This document shows, piece after piece, positions 7,395-15,439 of a stretch of 29,045 nucleotides of DNA. The DNA is from a virus (lineage: Duplodnaviria > Heunggongvirae > Uroviricota > Caudoviricetes). The first letter of the stretch is position 1; each line of letters starts with the position of its first letter. The position numbers were made by a program, and so were the translations under genes. Location: IMG/VR virus record IMGVR_UViG_2778261464_000005. One strand, 5' to 3'. A model generated the notes under the pieces. The model made no database searches. It was not told the origin of the DNA and worked only from the letters and a program-made list of their open reading frames with translations.

Positions 7395-7883
7395 ATGAGT
7401 CTGTTAAATGACGTTCAGAAATTCATTGAAGCCCATCCGGGGTGTACTTCCGGAGACATTGCGGATGCTTTTGCAGGTTACTCACGGCAGCGCGTTCTGC
7501 AGTCTGCAAGCAAGTTACGTCAGAGTGGGCGTGTGGCTCACCGTTGTGAAGGAGATACACGCAGACATTTCCCGCGCCTGACTGAGAGAGCGCAGGAACC
7601 GGAACCACAACCAGTTCGAGAAACCAGACCTGTGCGCAATTTCTATGTCGGCACTAACGATCCACGGGTGATTTTGTGCCTGACCCGCCAGGCTGAAGAA
7701 CTGGAGTCCAGGGGCTTATACCGTCGTGCTGCAACCGTGTGGATGGCGGCATTCCGTGAAAGCCACTCCCAGCCAGAACGAAACAATTTTCTGGCGCGTC
7801 GTGAGCTGTGTTTACGTAAAAGCAGCAAGCGCGCTGTATCGAGTGATGAGTGGTATCTGTCAGGGAATTACGTGGGGGCGTAA
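7395..7883 (+). CDS. Hypothetical protein, possibly replication-associated (helix-rich N-terminus)
   Basis: ATG 7395 is 3 nt after the replication gene stop, with AGAGGG upstream; 162 aa. Its stop overlaps the next start (TAATG). Confidence 0.5.
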   Translation: MSLLNDVQKFIEAHPGCTSGDIADAFAGYSRQRVLQSASKLRQSGRVAHRCEGDTRRHFPRLTERAQEPEPQPVRETRPVRNFYVGTNDPRVILCLTRQAEELESRGLYRRAATVWMAAFRESHSQPERNNFLARRELCLRKSSKRAVSSDEWYLSGNYVGA

Positions 7884-8209
7884 TGACGACGTTAACTCAA
7901 TGCCAGCAGCAGGTGCTGGATATGCTGATTTCTTATCAGAAAGAGCGTGGCTTTCCGCCAACCAATCAGGAGGTGGCAACCATGCTGGGATACCGTTCAG
8001 TGAATGCAGCGGTAGAGCATCTTCGCGCACTGGAGAAAAAAGGCGTCATCACGATAAAGCGTGGCGTGGCCCGGGGGATAACGCTTCATACCGCGGTGAA
8101 GGACGACGACAGCGAGGCGGTCGGGATTATCCGCGCACTGCTTGCCGGTGAGGAAAACGCAAGGCTGCGTGCAACCCACTGGTTACATGAGAGGGGCCTG
8201 AAAGTATGA
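7883..8209 (+). CDS. LexA N-terminal DNA-binding-domain-like protein without a peptidase domain
   Basis: Internal ATG 7883 overlaps the upstream stop. LTQCQQQVLDMLISYQKERGFPPTNQEVATMLGYRSVNAAVEHLRALEKKGVITIKRGVARGITL is colinear with the LexA winged-helix N-terminus as I recall it. Only ~108 aa, so no S24 domain. Confidence 0.65.
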   Translation: MTTLTQCQQQVLDMLISYQKERGFPPTNQEVATMLGYRSVNAAVEHLRALEKKGVITIKRGVARGITLHTAVKDDDSEAVGIIRALLAGEENARLRATHWLHERGLKV

Positions 8210-8595
8210 AGCTGATCCTGCCTTTTCCGCCCAGCGTGAACACGTACTGGCGACACCCCAACAAAGGGGCGTTTGCTGGTAAGAGCCTGATAAGCGCGGC
8301 GGGGCGAAAATTCCAGAGCGCAGCGTGCGCAGCAATAGTTGAGCAGTTACGTCGTCTGCCGAAACCAACGTCGGCACCTGCTTCAGTGGAGATCGTGTTG
8401 TTTCCTCCGGATAACCGGATCCGCGATCTGGACAACTATAACAAGGCGCTGTTTGACGCCCTGACCCACGCGGGTGTGTGGGAAGACGACAGCCAAGTGA
8501 AAAGAATGTTGGTGGAGTGGGGACCGGTTATCCCGGAAGGGAAGGTCGAGATCACTATCAGTAAGTACGAGAAACCGGCGGGTGCAGCCGCCTGA
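8206..8595 (+). CDS. rusA: RusA-family Holliday junction resolvase
   Basis: 129 aa; PFPPSVNTYWRH...RDLDNYNKALFDALTHAGVWEDDSQV matches E. coli RusA motifs. Typical nin-region position. Confidence 0.85.
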   Translation: MKLILPFPPSVNTYWRHPNKGAFAGKSLISAAGRKFQSAACAAIVEQLRRLPKPTSAPASVEIVLFPPDNRIRDLDNYNKALFDALTHAGVWEDDSQVKRMLVEWGPVIPEGKVEITISKYEKPAGAAA

Positions 8596-8614
8596 TTAAG
8601 AGGAGAAACGAAGT

Positions 8615-9412
8615 ATGAATAATCTGATGGTCATTGATGGTATTGAAGTTCGTCGTGATGCTTATGGGCGTTACAGCCTGAACGATCTGCACAGGGCTGC
8701 CGGTTCTCTGGATAAGCATAAGCCTGCATTCTGGCTCCGCAATGAGCAAACTGAACGTTTAATAAGCGAGTTGCAGATTTGCAACTCGGTCAATATAGAG
8801 CCAGTTAACGTTATTCGTGGCGGAAATAACCAGGAGACGTATGTCTGCAAAGAACTGGTGTATGCCTATGCAATGTGGATCAGCCCGTCATTCCATCTGA
8901 AGGTGATCCGTACTTTCGATATGGTAACCAGCGCACCGGAAAAATTATCCGGACAGGCTGCTGACAAGATGCAGGCTGGTGTGATTCTGCTGGACTTTAT
9001 GCGCCGGGAATTAAACCTGTCTAACTCTTCAGTGCTTGGTGCCTGTCAGAAACTCCAGGAGGCTGTTGGCTTACCGAATCTGGCACCGCGCTATGCCATT
9101 GATGCTCCTGCTGATGCACTCGATGGCTCAAGCCGCCCTACGCTATCATTGAGTGCACTGCTGAAGCAGTATGGTATCCGCCTTACGGCTAATCAGGCAT
9201 ATCACCAGATGGTGAAGCTGGGGATCGTCGAACAGCGCGAACGATACAGCCGTACCGCGATTAACAACATCAAAAAATTCTGGTCGCTGACAGCGAAAGG
9301 CTGCATGTTCGGCAAGAACATCACCAGTCCCGCAAATCCGCGCGAGACGCAGCCGCACTTTTTCGAATCCCGATTCCCTGAGCTGTTAAAGCTGCTCGAT
9401 ACCGTTCATTGA
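8615..9412 (+). CDS. KilA-N domain protein (antirepressor-like, or a BstA-like abortive-infection protein)
   Basis: N-terminal ~100 aa (VRRDAYGRYSLNDLHRAAG...PAFWLRNEQTERLISEL) looks like a KilA-N domain; C-terminal ~160 aa is unassigned. Confidence 0.65.
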   Translation: MNNLMVIDGIEVRRDAYGRYSLNDLHRAAGSLDKHKPAFWLRNEQTERLISELQICNSVNIEPVNVIRGGNNQETYVCKELVYAYAMWISPSFHLKVIRTFDMVTSAPEKLSGQAADKMQAGVILLDFMRRELNLSNSSVLGACQKLQEAVGLPNLAPRYAIDAPADALDGSSRPTLSLSALLKQYGIRLTANQAYHQMVKLGIVEQRERYSRTAINNIKKFWSLTAKGCMFGKNITSPANPRETQPHFFESRFPELLKLLDTVH

Positions 9413-9419
9413 GGTTACC

Positions 9420-10088
9420 GTGAGAGCACTACTGACCCCTGAAATTGCCCCGCGTATGGGGATCGTATTGTTCAGACCAGGTTCAGAGCTGATGCCCCTG
9501 TTTATGCAGGGGCGTGTCCTGCTGGAGCCTGAGCCGGAGCATTATTCATCTTTCGCCAGTGGTGCCGTTCCCGCGGCATCACAACCGCTGGCGGATGATC
9601 CTGCCGTTCGGGCCGTGTTCCGTAATGAGGCAGTGATTCGTCGTGCTGGTGGGGTGGAATGTCTTGAAAGCTGGTTACTTCGTGAAAAAGGCTGCCAGTG
9701 GCCTCATTCCGACTGGCACAGCGAGAACATGACCACAATGCGACACGCGCCGGGCGCAATCCGTCTGTGCTGGCACTGTGATAACCAGCTGCGCGATCAG
9801 TTCACGGAACGGCTGGAATCAATGGCAACGGATAACTGTGCCCGGTGGGTGTTATCTGTCGTGCGTCGGGATCTCGGTTTTAATGATAGTCACGTTGTGA
9901 CAATGCCGGAACTGTGCTGGTGGCTGGTTCGTAATGACCTGGCGGATGCCTTACCGGAAAGTGCAGCCCGTAAGGCACTGAGATTACCGAAGCCTGTTGT
10001 GCCGTCTGTCACCCGGGAAAGTGACCTTGTGCCTTCGGTTCCTGCCCCAGCATCATCCAGGATAAAGCGAAAAAGGTGCTGGCGCTGA
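9420..10088 (+). CDS. Hypothetical nin-region protein (possibly the N-terminal part of a split DUF968/YdfU-like gene)
   Basis: GTG 9420 preceded by GAGG; 222 aa. Its last ~60 nt overlap the next ORF, whose frame is open from 10025. Confidence 0.45.
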   Translation: MRALLTPEIAPRMGIVLFRPGSELMPLFMQGRVLLEPEPEHYSSFASGAVPAASQPLADDPAVRAVFRNEAVIRRAGGVECLESWLLREKGCQWPHSDWHSENMTTMRHAPGAIRLCWHCDNQLRDQFTERLESMATDNCARWVLSVVRRDLGFNDSHVVTMPELCWWLVRNDLADALPESAARKALRLPKPVVPSVTRESDLVPSVPAPASSRIKRKRCWR

Positions 10089-10408
10089 AAGTGGATCCGG
10101 AGTCGCCGGAGTCTTTTATGTTACGCCCCAAACGTCGCCGCTGGGTTAATGAAAAGTACACGCGCTGGGTTAAGACGCAGCCGTGCGCATGTTGTGGAAA
10201 GCCTGCTGATGATGCCCACCACCTGATAGGTCACGGTCAGGGTGGAATGGGTACAAAAGCGCATGACCTTTTTGTGTTGCCTTTGTGCAGAAAGCATCAC
10301 GACGAGCTGCATGCGGATACCGTGGTATTTGAAGAGAAGTATGGCTCCCAGTTGGAGCTGATATTTCGTTTTATTGATCGTGCGCTGGCAATTGGCGTGC
10401 TGGCCTGA
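10076..10408 (+). CDS. DUF968-like zinc-binding protein
   Basis: Motif CACCGKPADDAHHLIGHGQGGMGTKAHDLFVLPLCRKHHDELH (Cys/His cluster), which I recall as characteristic of phage DUF968/YdfU proteins. GTG start; the true N-terminus may lie in the upstream ORF. Confidence 0.5.
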   Translation: MLALKVDPESPESFMLRPKRRRWVNEKYTRWVKTQPCACCGKPADDAHHLIGHGQGGMGTKAHDLFVLPLCRKHHDELHADTVVFEEKYGSQLELIFRFIDRALAIGVLA

Positions 10409-10422
10409 TTTGGTGGAGAAAG

Positions 10423-10773
10423 TTGATGCGTGATATGTATGAAGTATTGGACCGCTGGGGAGCATGGGCTGCAGCAGAAAATAGTGGTGTGGACTGGCAG
10501 CCGATAGCGGCTGGTTTCAAGGGACTTTTACCACACGGTAAAAAGTCACGTCTCCAGTGTGATGATGATGAAGGCATCATGATAGATAGTTGTGTGGCTA
10601 GGTTGCGTAAATATAAGCCGGAAGAGTATGAGCTGATAATTGCTCACTTTGTTATCGGTATCTCATTACGCACTATTGCGAAGAAGAGAAAATGCTCTGA
10701 TGGGACTATAAGAAAAAAGTTGCAAGCTGCATTGGGATTTATTGATGCAGTTATATATATAATACATGGGTAA
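10423..10773 (+). CDS. Q: Late-gene antiterminator Q
   Basis: 116 aa; VLDRWGAWAAAENSGVDWQPIAAGFKGLLPHGKKSRLQCDDDEGIMIDSCVARL...CSDGTIRKKL matches the phage antitermination protein Q family. Sits just before the late region. Confidence 0.8.
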   Translation: MMRDMYEVLDRWGAWAAAENSGVDWQPIAAGFKGLLPHGKKSRLQCDDDEGIMIDSCVARLRKYKPEEYELIIAHFVIGISLRTIAKKRKCSDGTIRKKLQAALGFIDAVIYIIHG

Positions 10774-10780
10774 TTTATTA

Positions 10781-10799
10781 GACGGCCATATTGGCCGTC
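10781..10799. terminator. Perfect hairpin (GACGGCCA-TAT-TGGCCGTC) between convergent Q and the minus-strand cassette; possible bidirectional terminator
   Basis: 8-bp perfect stem read directly; overlaps the stop codon of the 10798..11976 gene and lies 8 nt after the Q stop. No strong U-run on either side. Confidence 0.4.
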
Positions 10800-11976
10800 A
10801 GCTAAATAAATATGTAATAGCATAAGGCGTAAGTAAAAAGTAGAATCTAAATGTAAGATATAAGCCACATAAAACTATAATTCCTAATGAGGCAAAAACA
10901 ACTTTCTGAACAAGCAATCTTGTGGTTAAACTATCAAATGTATCCTTTATATCTTCGTAAATAGCCTTGAAGTTATATTCTGCTTGTTGTTTTTTATGAT
11001 TTAACTCATCATTTATTGCTGTTAAAGTTTGCCATTGATTAAATAGAACAAATAGAATCATAATAGTGAAGAACAATGCACCCAACACTACAGCTGTGTT
11101 TATTAATGCTTGACTATCCCAACCATTAGCCTGCTTCATTTGAGTCGCAACGATAATTGTTGCGACGGGGATACCTAATATCTGATTTTGTATGTCACTG
11201 AATACTTTATGTATTTTCCCCATCTCTTCTATTTTGGCTACTCGTAACTGATCCAGTATTTTCTCGTAAGAAAAACCAGAAACGAATACTTTGTATCCTT
11301 TTTGATAACTTTCATAAAGTTGTCCTAAATCCCTTAACATGAAGGAAAAAGAGGTTTCTTTAGTTTTAGATTCACATGATGATTTTATACTACTTGCTAA
11401 AATAGTAAGTTTTTGATCTTTATGCGTATCTTCTGCAAAGTTTGCGATCAAATTATGAATCAGATCTCCATTAACATTCATAAGATCATCGCTAGAATAA
11501 TTTACTGGAATTTTTAGTACGTTGGATTCGACGAATACCAATTCAAAATTTGTTTCATCTAAATAAGCAGAACAATCTTTGAATAAAGTAATTAAGCTCA
11601 AAACATCTCTGTACTTGGATATAATAGCAGGCGACTTTTTATCCCTGTTGTGATAATTAAGTTCGATTATAAAGAAGTTACTGGCTTCCTTTATCCTATT
11701 TTTAGGATTTTTTAAATACTCATTAAAAGAGAAATGTAGCTGCCCCAATCGTAATTTGGGGGGGGTTATATGTAAGGTTATAGTTTGGCCTAACTCAATG
11801 TTGCCAGATTCAAGGGTGATGCCAAAATCATGGGGATTCTCTGTGATATCGTTGATGATGTCACAGAGCTCCTCGTTTGAAAGAATGAGTGATGCTTCAG
11901 ATAGGGTACCTGCAAATGTAGCGGCCTTGTAAATAGTCACTAAGTCTTTGAAGGTTCTCTGATTGTTACTGCTCAT
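10798..11976 (-). CDS. Hypothetical protein with ~280-aa soluble N-terminal domain and two C-terminal transmembrane helices (candidate membrane effector)
   Basis: ATG 11976 preceded by AGGTGA; starts 7 nt after the upstream gene stop (operon). Hydrophobic helices ALINTAVVLGALFFTIMILFVLF and VVFASLGIIVLCGLYLTFRFYFLL. AT-rich, no recognisable enzymatic motif. Confidence 0.7.
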   Translation of the reverse strand: MSSNNQRTFKDLVTIYKAATFAGTLSEASLILSNEELCDIINDITENPHDFGITLESGNIELGQTITLHITPPKLRLGQLHFSFNEYLKNPKNRIKEASNFFIIELNYHNRDKKSPAIISKYRDVLSLITLFKDCSAYLDETNFELVFVESNVLKIPVNYSSDDLMNVNGDLIHNLIANFAEDTHKDQKLTILASSIKSSCESKTKETSFSFMLRDLGQLYESYQKGYKVFVSGFSYEKILDQLRVAKIEEMGKIHKVFSDIQNQILGIPVATIIVATQMKQANGWDSQALINTAVVLGALFFTIMILFVLFNQWQTLTAINDELNHKKQQAEYNFKAIYEDIKDTFDSLTTRLLVQKVVFASLGIIVLCGLYLTFRFYFLLTPYAITYLFS

Positions 11977-13000
11977 CCTCTTCACCTAATTCTGATAAAA
12001 TCTCTGATCTTAGCGTATCCGGAATCTCGGTAAGTATCAATTTATCGTTTTCTGAATCATAAAGAACGCTGCCATCATGCAAGGCCGCACGCTCGAATTT
12101 CAGAGACCAATGTTTGGACTTTCCTTTGAAACTAACAAGCCCACGTATAACGTTGCCATCAGGCACGAACCCATCAGAGAACTCCAGATCGTCATTGGTT
12201 AACTTTTCAACTAACAACTCAGGAGCAGTTGGCCATATCTCGTTTGCAAAAATTTGAGTGTCGAAAGTTTCACCAGAACGATTTAAATTTTTTAATTTTT
12301 CATGAGCCTTATTTAGGAACTCTTCACGTGCCTCTGGTTCAAAACCTCTTTCAGTAGCAAATTCTAAAAGTGCATTCCGTAATTTTGTTGTTTCTTGTTT
12401 GGCAATTAGAATATCGTTGCAACCTAAAAACTTTTTGAAATAACCTGCTACTGAATTTTGCCCCTTTAGAAAGCTAATATATCTCTCTTTGCCATTCTGG
12501 CGCCCAGTTAAGTCAATTCGTCCCGCTACTCGAAGTTTAGCAATGTCTAGATATTCACTTTCTTGAATTTCAAAATCGTGGACTGAAGAGCCAACTGCTG
12601 ATGTTAGGATTGCAACCATCAAATAATGATTTCCATTTACCTCATTATGGGCAATTATTACATAACCACCAGTAGACATTGATTCATCATCGGCTCTGGC
12701 TTTTAAATGATTGATCATTCGGATACTAGTATCATAAAAACTATGTGTTTTATTTACGAAATAATCATCAACGATATTACCCATAGGGTAACTATCGCGG
12801 TCATCTTCAAATTTCCCATATCCTTTACCTGCTCTCCCAGAGTACCTTTCAGTAAGTGCGTTAGAGAGGTCTTTTGATGCTTGCTGAACAGGTTTTTCTG
12901 AAGGACAAGGAATAATGGTGGCTAACCCCTGTTGTTCCTTGTTCATAATGTGAACAATAAACTTATGAGTGATATTAGTGGGGGTCGCTGATGCAGTCAT
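11966..13000 (-). CDS. Divergent NdpA/YejK-family (NA37) nucleoid-associated protein homologue
   Basis: 344 aa, about the size of YejK (~335 aa). Colinear blocks with E. coli YejK as I recall it: [20 protein letters not shown] vs [41 protein letters not shown] vs [40 protein letters not shown] vs [25 protein letters not shown]. AT-rich. Confidence 0.7.
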   Translation of the reverse strand: [344 protein letters not shown]

Positions 13001-13117
13001 AACAACATCCTTTTAATGGTTTTGAACAATTGGTGTTGATAATACTTCAAAAAATACTAATGCGTACGCAAAAAATACAGTACTCTGTTAAGAGTGGTTA
13101 CTTCGCCACACAGCTTA

Positions 13118-13146
13118 AACCCGCCGTCGAGCGGGTTTTGTCGTTT
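13118..13146 (+). terminator. Hairpin + U-tract upstream of the holin gene (tR'-like terminator/attenuator)
   Basis: AACCCGC-CGTCGA-GCGGGTT followed by TTGTCGTTTCT, read directly. By position this corresponds to the late-transcript terminator that Q-modified polymerase reads through; I could not identify PR' itself. Confidence 0.45.
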
Positions 13147-13290
13147 CTGGGCTTTGGTATTCGTTGGGCTTGGTCTATCTAGCTCTTATCCATTGGCTCG
13201 GCTTCTTTTACGTTTCCGCTTCTGATTTGCGGTTCGTGGTACTCCCTCAATTTGCACCTCTTGTATCGGCGAGGTGAGAGATAACTACAA

Positions 13291-13617
13291 ATGCCTCATA
13301 ACCCAAATACTTGGCTGGAGTTGGTCCAGAGCTGGTGGCGTGGAGACACACCGCTGGGCGCAGTGATTATGTCGATTGTTATGGCTGGTTTGCGCATTGC
13401 CTATTTTGGCGGTGGTGGTGGCTGGAAGCGAAAAACACTCGAAATTCTACTCTGTGGCGCTCTGACGCTGACTTTTGCATCCGCTCTTGAGTATGTCGGA
13501 TGGCCTAAATCGCTTTCTGTTGCCATTGGTGGTGGGGTGGGGCTGATCGGTGTCGATGCTATTCGTGGGGCTGCAATGAGAGTAATCGGTAATAAGTTTG
13601 GTGGCTCTAAGGAGTAA
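13291..13617 (+). CDS. Holin (three-TM, lambda S-like architecture)
   Basis: 108 aa with hydrophobic segments and a charged C-terminus, directly upstream of the endolysin. Confidence 0.8.
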   Translation: MPHNPNTWLELVQSWWRGDTPLGAVIMSIVMAGLRIAYFGGGGGWKRKTLEILLCGALTLTFASALEYVGWPKSLSVAIGGGVGLIGVDAIRGAAMRVIGNKFGGSKE

Positions 13618-13620
13618 TTT

Positions 13621-14097
13621 ATGCAGGTACTAAATTCCCAGCGTAAAGCTTTCCTCGATATGGTGGCATGGTCAGAAGGAACGGATAACGGGCGACAACC
13701 GACACGTAACCACGGTTATGATGTTATTGTTGGTGGTGAACTGTTCACTGATTACTCCGATCACCCTCGCAAACTTGTCACGCTAAACCCAAAACTCAAA
13801 TCAACAGCCGCCGGACGTTACCAGCTTCTTTCCCGTTGGTGGGATGCCTACCGTAAGCAGCTTGGCCTGAAAGACTTCTCTCCAAAAAGCCAGGACGCTG
13901 TGGCATTGCAGCAGATTAAGGAGCGTGGCGCTTTACCGATGATTGATCGCGGTGATATTCGTCAGGCTATCGACCGTTGCAGCAATATCTGGGCTTCACT
14001 GCCGGGCGCTGGTTATGGCCAGTTCGAGCATAAGGCTGACAGCCTGATTGCAAAATTCAAAGAGGCTGGCGGAACGGTCAGAGAGATTGAGGTATGA
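13621..14097 (+). CDS. R: Endolysin, lambda R-type lytic transglycosylase
   Basis: 158 aa, nearly identical along its length to lambda R as I recall it ([149 protein letters not shown]). Confidence 0.92.
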   Translation: MQVLNSQRKAFLDMVAWSEGTDNGRQPTRNHGYDVIVGGELFTDYSDHPRKLVTLNPKLKSTAAGRYQLLSRWWDAYRKQLGLKDFSPKSQDAVALQQIKERGALPMIDRGDIRQAIDRCSNIWASLPGAGYGQFEHKADSLIAKFKEAGGTVREIEV

Positions 14098-14531
14098 GCA
14101 GAGTCACCGCGATTATCTCCGCTCTGATTATCTGCATCATCGTCTGCCTGTCATGGGCTGTTAATCATTACCGTGATAACGCCATCGCCTACAAAGAGCA
14201 GCGCGATAAAGCCACATCCACAATCGCTGACATGCAGAAGCGTCAACGTGATGTAGCAGAACTTGACGCCAGATACACAAAGGAGCTTGCTGATGCTAAC
14301 GCGACTATCGAAAGTCTCCGTGCTGATGTTTCTGCTGGTCGTAAGCGCCTGCAAGTCGCCGCCACCTGTGCAAAGTCAACGACCGGAGCCAGCAGCATGG
14401 GCGATGGAGAAAGCCCAGGACTTACAGCAGATGCTGAACTCAATTATTACCGTCTCCGAAGTGGAATCGACAGGATAACCGCGCAGGTTAACTACCTGCA
14501 GGAATACATCAGGACGCAATGCCTTCGATGA
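14094..14531 (+). CDS. Rz: Rz i-spanin
   Basis: N-terminus [31 protein letters not shown] matches lambda Rz; overlaps the R stop; contains the embedded Rz1 frame. Confidence 0.85.
   Translation: MSRVTAIISALIICIIVCLSWAVNHYRDNAIAYKEQRDKATSTIADMQKRQRDVAELDARYTKELADANATIESLRADVSAGRKRLQVAATCAKSTTGASSMGDGESPGLTADAELNYYRLRSGIDRITAQVNYLQEYIRTQCLR
14293..14478 (+). CDS. Rz1: Rz1 o-spanin lipoprotein (embedded in Rz in another frame)
   Basis: Signal peptide with lipobox ([20 protein letters not shown]) followed by a proline-rich stretch ([16 protein letters not shown]). Start chosen at the internal Met of track ORF 14263..14478. Confidence 0.7.
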   Translation: MLTRLSKVSVLMFLLVVSACKSPPPVQSQRPEPAAWAMEKAQDLQQMLNSIITVSEVESTG

Positions 14532-14720
14532 TAGCGATAATTTTACTCATCATCCTTCACATCTGGCTCTGTAGACAGGGTGGTGCTTACTTCTGGAGCG
14601 AATCCAGATTAAACATCTCATTGCTGATGCTTGATATTGAGCATCTGGCGCGCGGTAAGGGCTGTGTTGAGATAAGTGCCAGTTCATTACAAAGCTATAT
14701 CTAATGGAACCTGAAATAAT

Positions 14721-14738
14721 TTGTCATTGTCATGACAA
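14721..14738. promoter_or_regulatory. Palindromic operator-like site TTGTCA-TTGTCATGACAA upstream of the 14782 moron
   Basis: Perfect 12-bp palindrome TTGTCATGACAA (14727-14738) preceded by a direct repeat of the half-site, about 45 bp upstream of the start codon. Confidence 0.35.
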
Positions 14739-14781
14739 GAAAATTCATTAATGATGAGCTCTCATTATACGGGAGGTAGAT

Positions 14782-15030
14782 ATGGCATTTCGTTATTTTG
14801 AACTTACCGAAAATATTCCTTTTGAGGATGCAAGAGAGCTTCACGTACAGTTCAAACACCACTTAGAATATGTTGTAAAGGCATTATTTATGTTAGGAAC
14901 ACATGAAAAGCATTTAATTGTTGAAGGCCGGGATGACGAATCGATAACACAGATATTTGGTGGGCATGATGAAAAGTTTATGCATCTTTATCATATCGAT
15001 GAATATGAAAAACGTGAAGACTTAATCTAA
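14782..15030 (+). CDS. Small acidic His-rich hypothetical protein (moron)
   Basis: 82 aa, strong SD (GGGAGGTAGATATG), AT-rich, palindromic site upstream. Confidence 0.55.
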   Translation: MAFRYFELTENIPFEDARELHVQFKHHLEYVVKALFMLGTHEKHLIVEGRDDESITQIFGGHDEKFMHLYHIDEYEKREDLI

Positions 15031-15145
15031 CCTCCTACGACTGTTTTTATTGCCATCATAAAAGCCATTCCTTGCAGAGTGGCTTTGATAATGGATATCC
15101 CAACAAGCGGATAAGACAATAAATATACCCACCAGGGGATAAACA

Positions 15146-15391
15146 ATGTCTAAAATCACGGTTACACCTGCATAGCAGATCCGCTTAAACCTGCTGGCGA
15201 AACTGAACTATGACACCGCCGCTGCAGCAGACGCGATTAAGTTTGTTGGTGACGATCCGTTGAAGTATCAAATCTTTGTGAACCAGTTAAGCTGGGTAAT
15301 ATCTGAAAGCGGGCTGGTAGCCAGAACGACGAAAGCTATCAAAGAGTCGGAAGACACACTACTGTGGTTTGAAGCTGAATCTGGTTCATAA
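15146..15391 (+). pseudogene. Small gene interrupted by an in-frame amber (TAG) codon at codon 10
   Basis: ATG 15146 with AGGGGA upstream gives MSKITVTPA, then TAG at 15173-15175, then 71 further protein-like codons (QIRLNLLAKLNYDTAAAADAIKFVGDDPLKYQIFVNQLSWVISESGLVARTTKAIKESEDTLLWFEAESGS) to TAA 15389-15391. No ATG downstream of the TAG in that frame. Confidence 0.4.
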
Positions 15392-15439
15392 GTGAATGAA
15401 TGTGGTAATTTAATCCTCCGCAAAAAAAAGGGGATAAAA

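Noticed and set aside
6186-8435. ORFs 6186..6458(-), 6692..6874(+), 6840..7109(-), 6958..7182(-), 7154..7411(+), 7423..7608(-), 7643..7828(-), 7726..8151(+), 7997..8179(-), 8127..8435(-) and 8183..8377(-)
   Set aside because: Overlap the replication initiator, the 7395 gene, the LexA-like gene or rusA; 6692..6874 is just the iteron repeats read in another frame.
13001-13117. Precise assignment of the Q-dependent late promoter PR'/qut and of the promoter for the minus-strand cassette
   Set aside because: Several weak -35/-10 combinations can be drawn on both strands (for example TTGAAC, GATAAT, TATTAT and the palindrome TGCGTACGCA), but none is convincing by eye, so no promoter feature is called.
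14151-14704. Minus-strand ORFs 14151..14354 and 14243..14443, and plus-strand ORF 14519..14704
   Set aside because: The first two are antisense within Rz/Rz1. The third overlaps the Rz stop, has no SD and gives a low-complexity translation.
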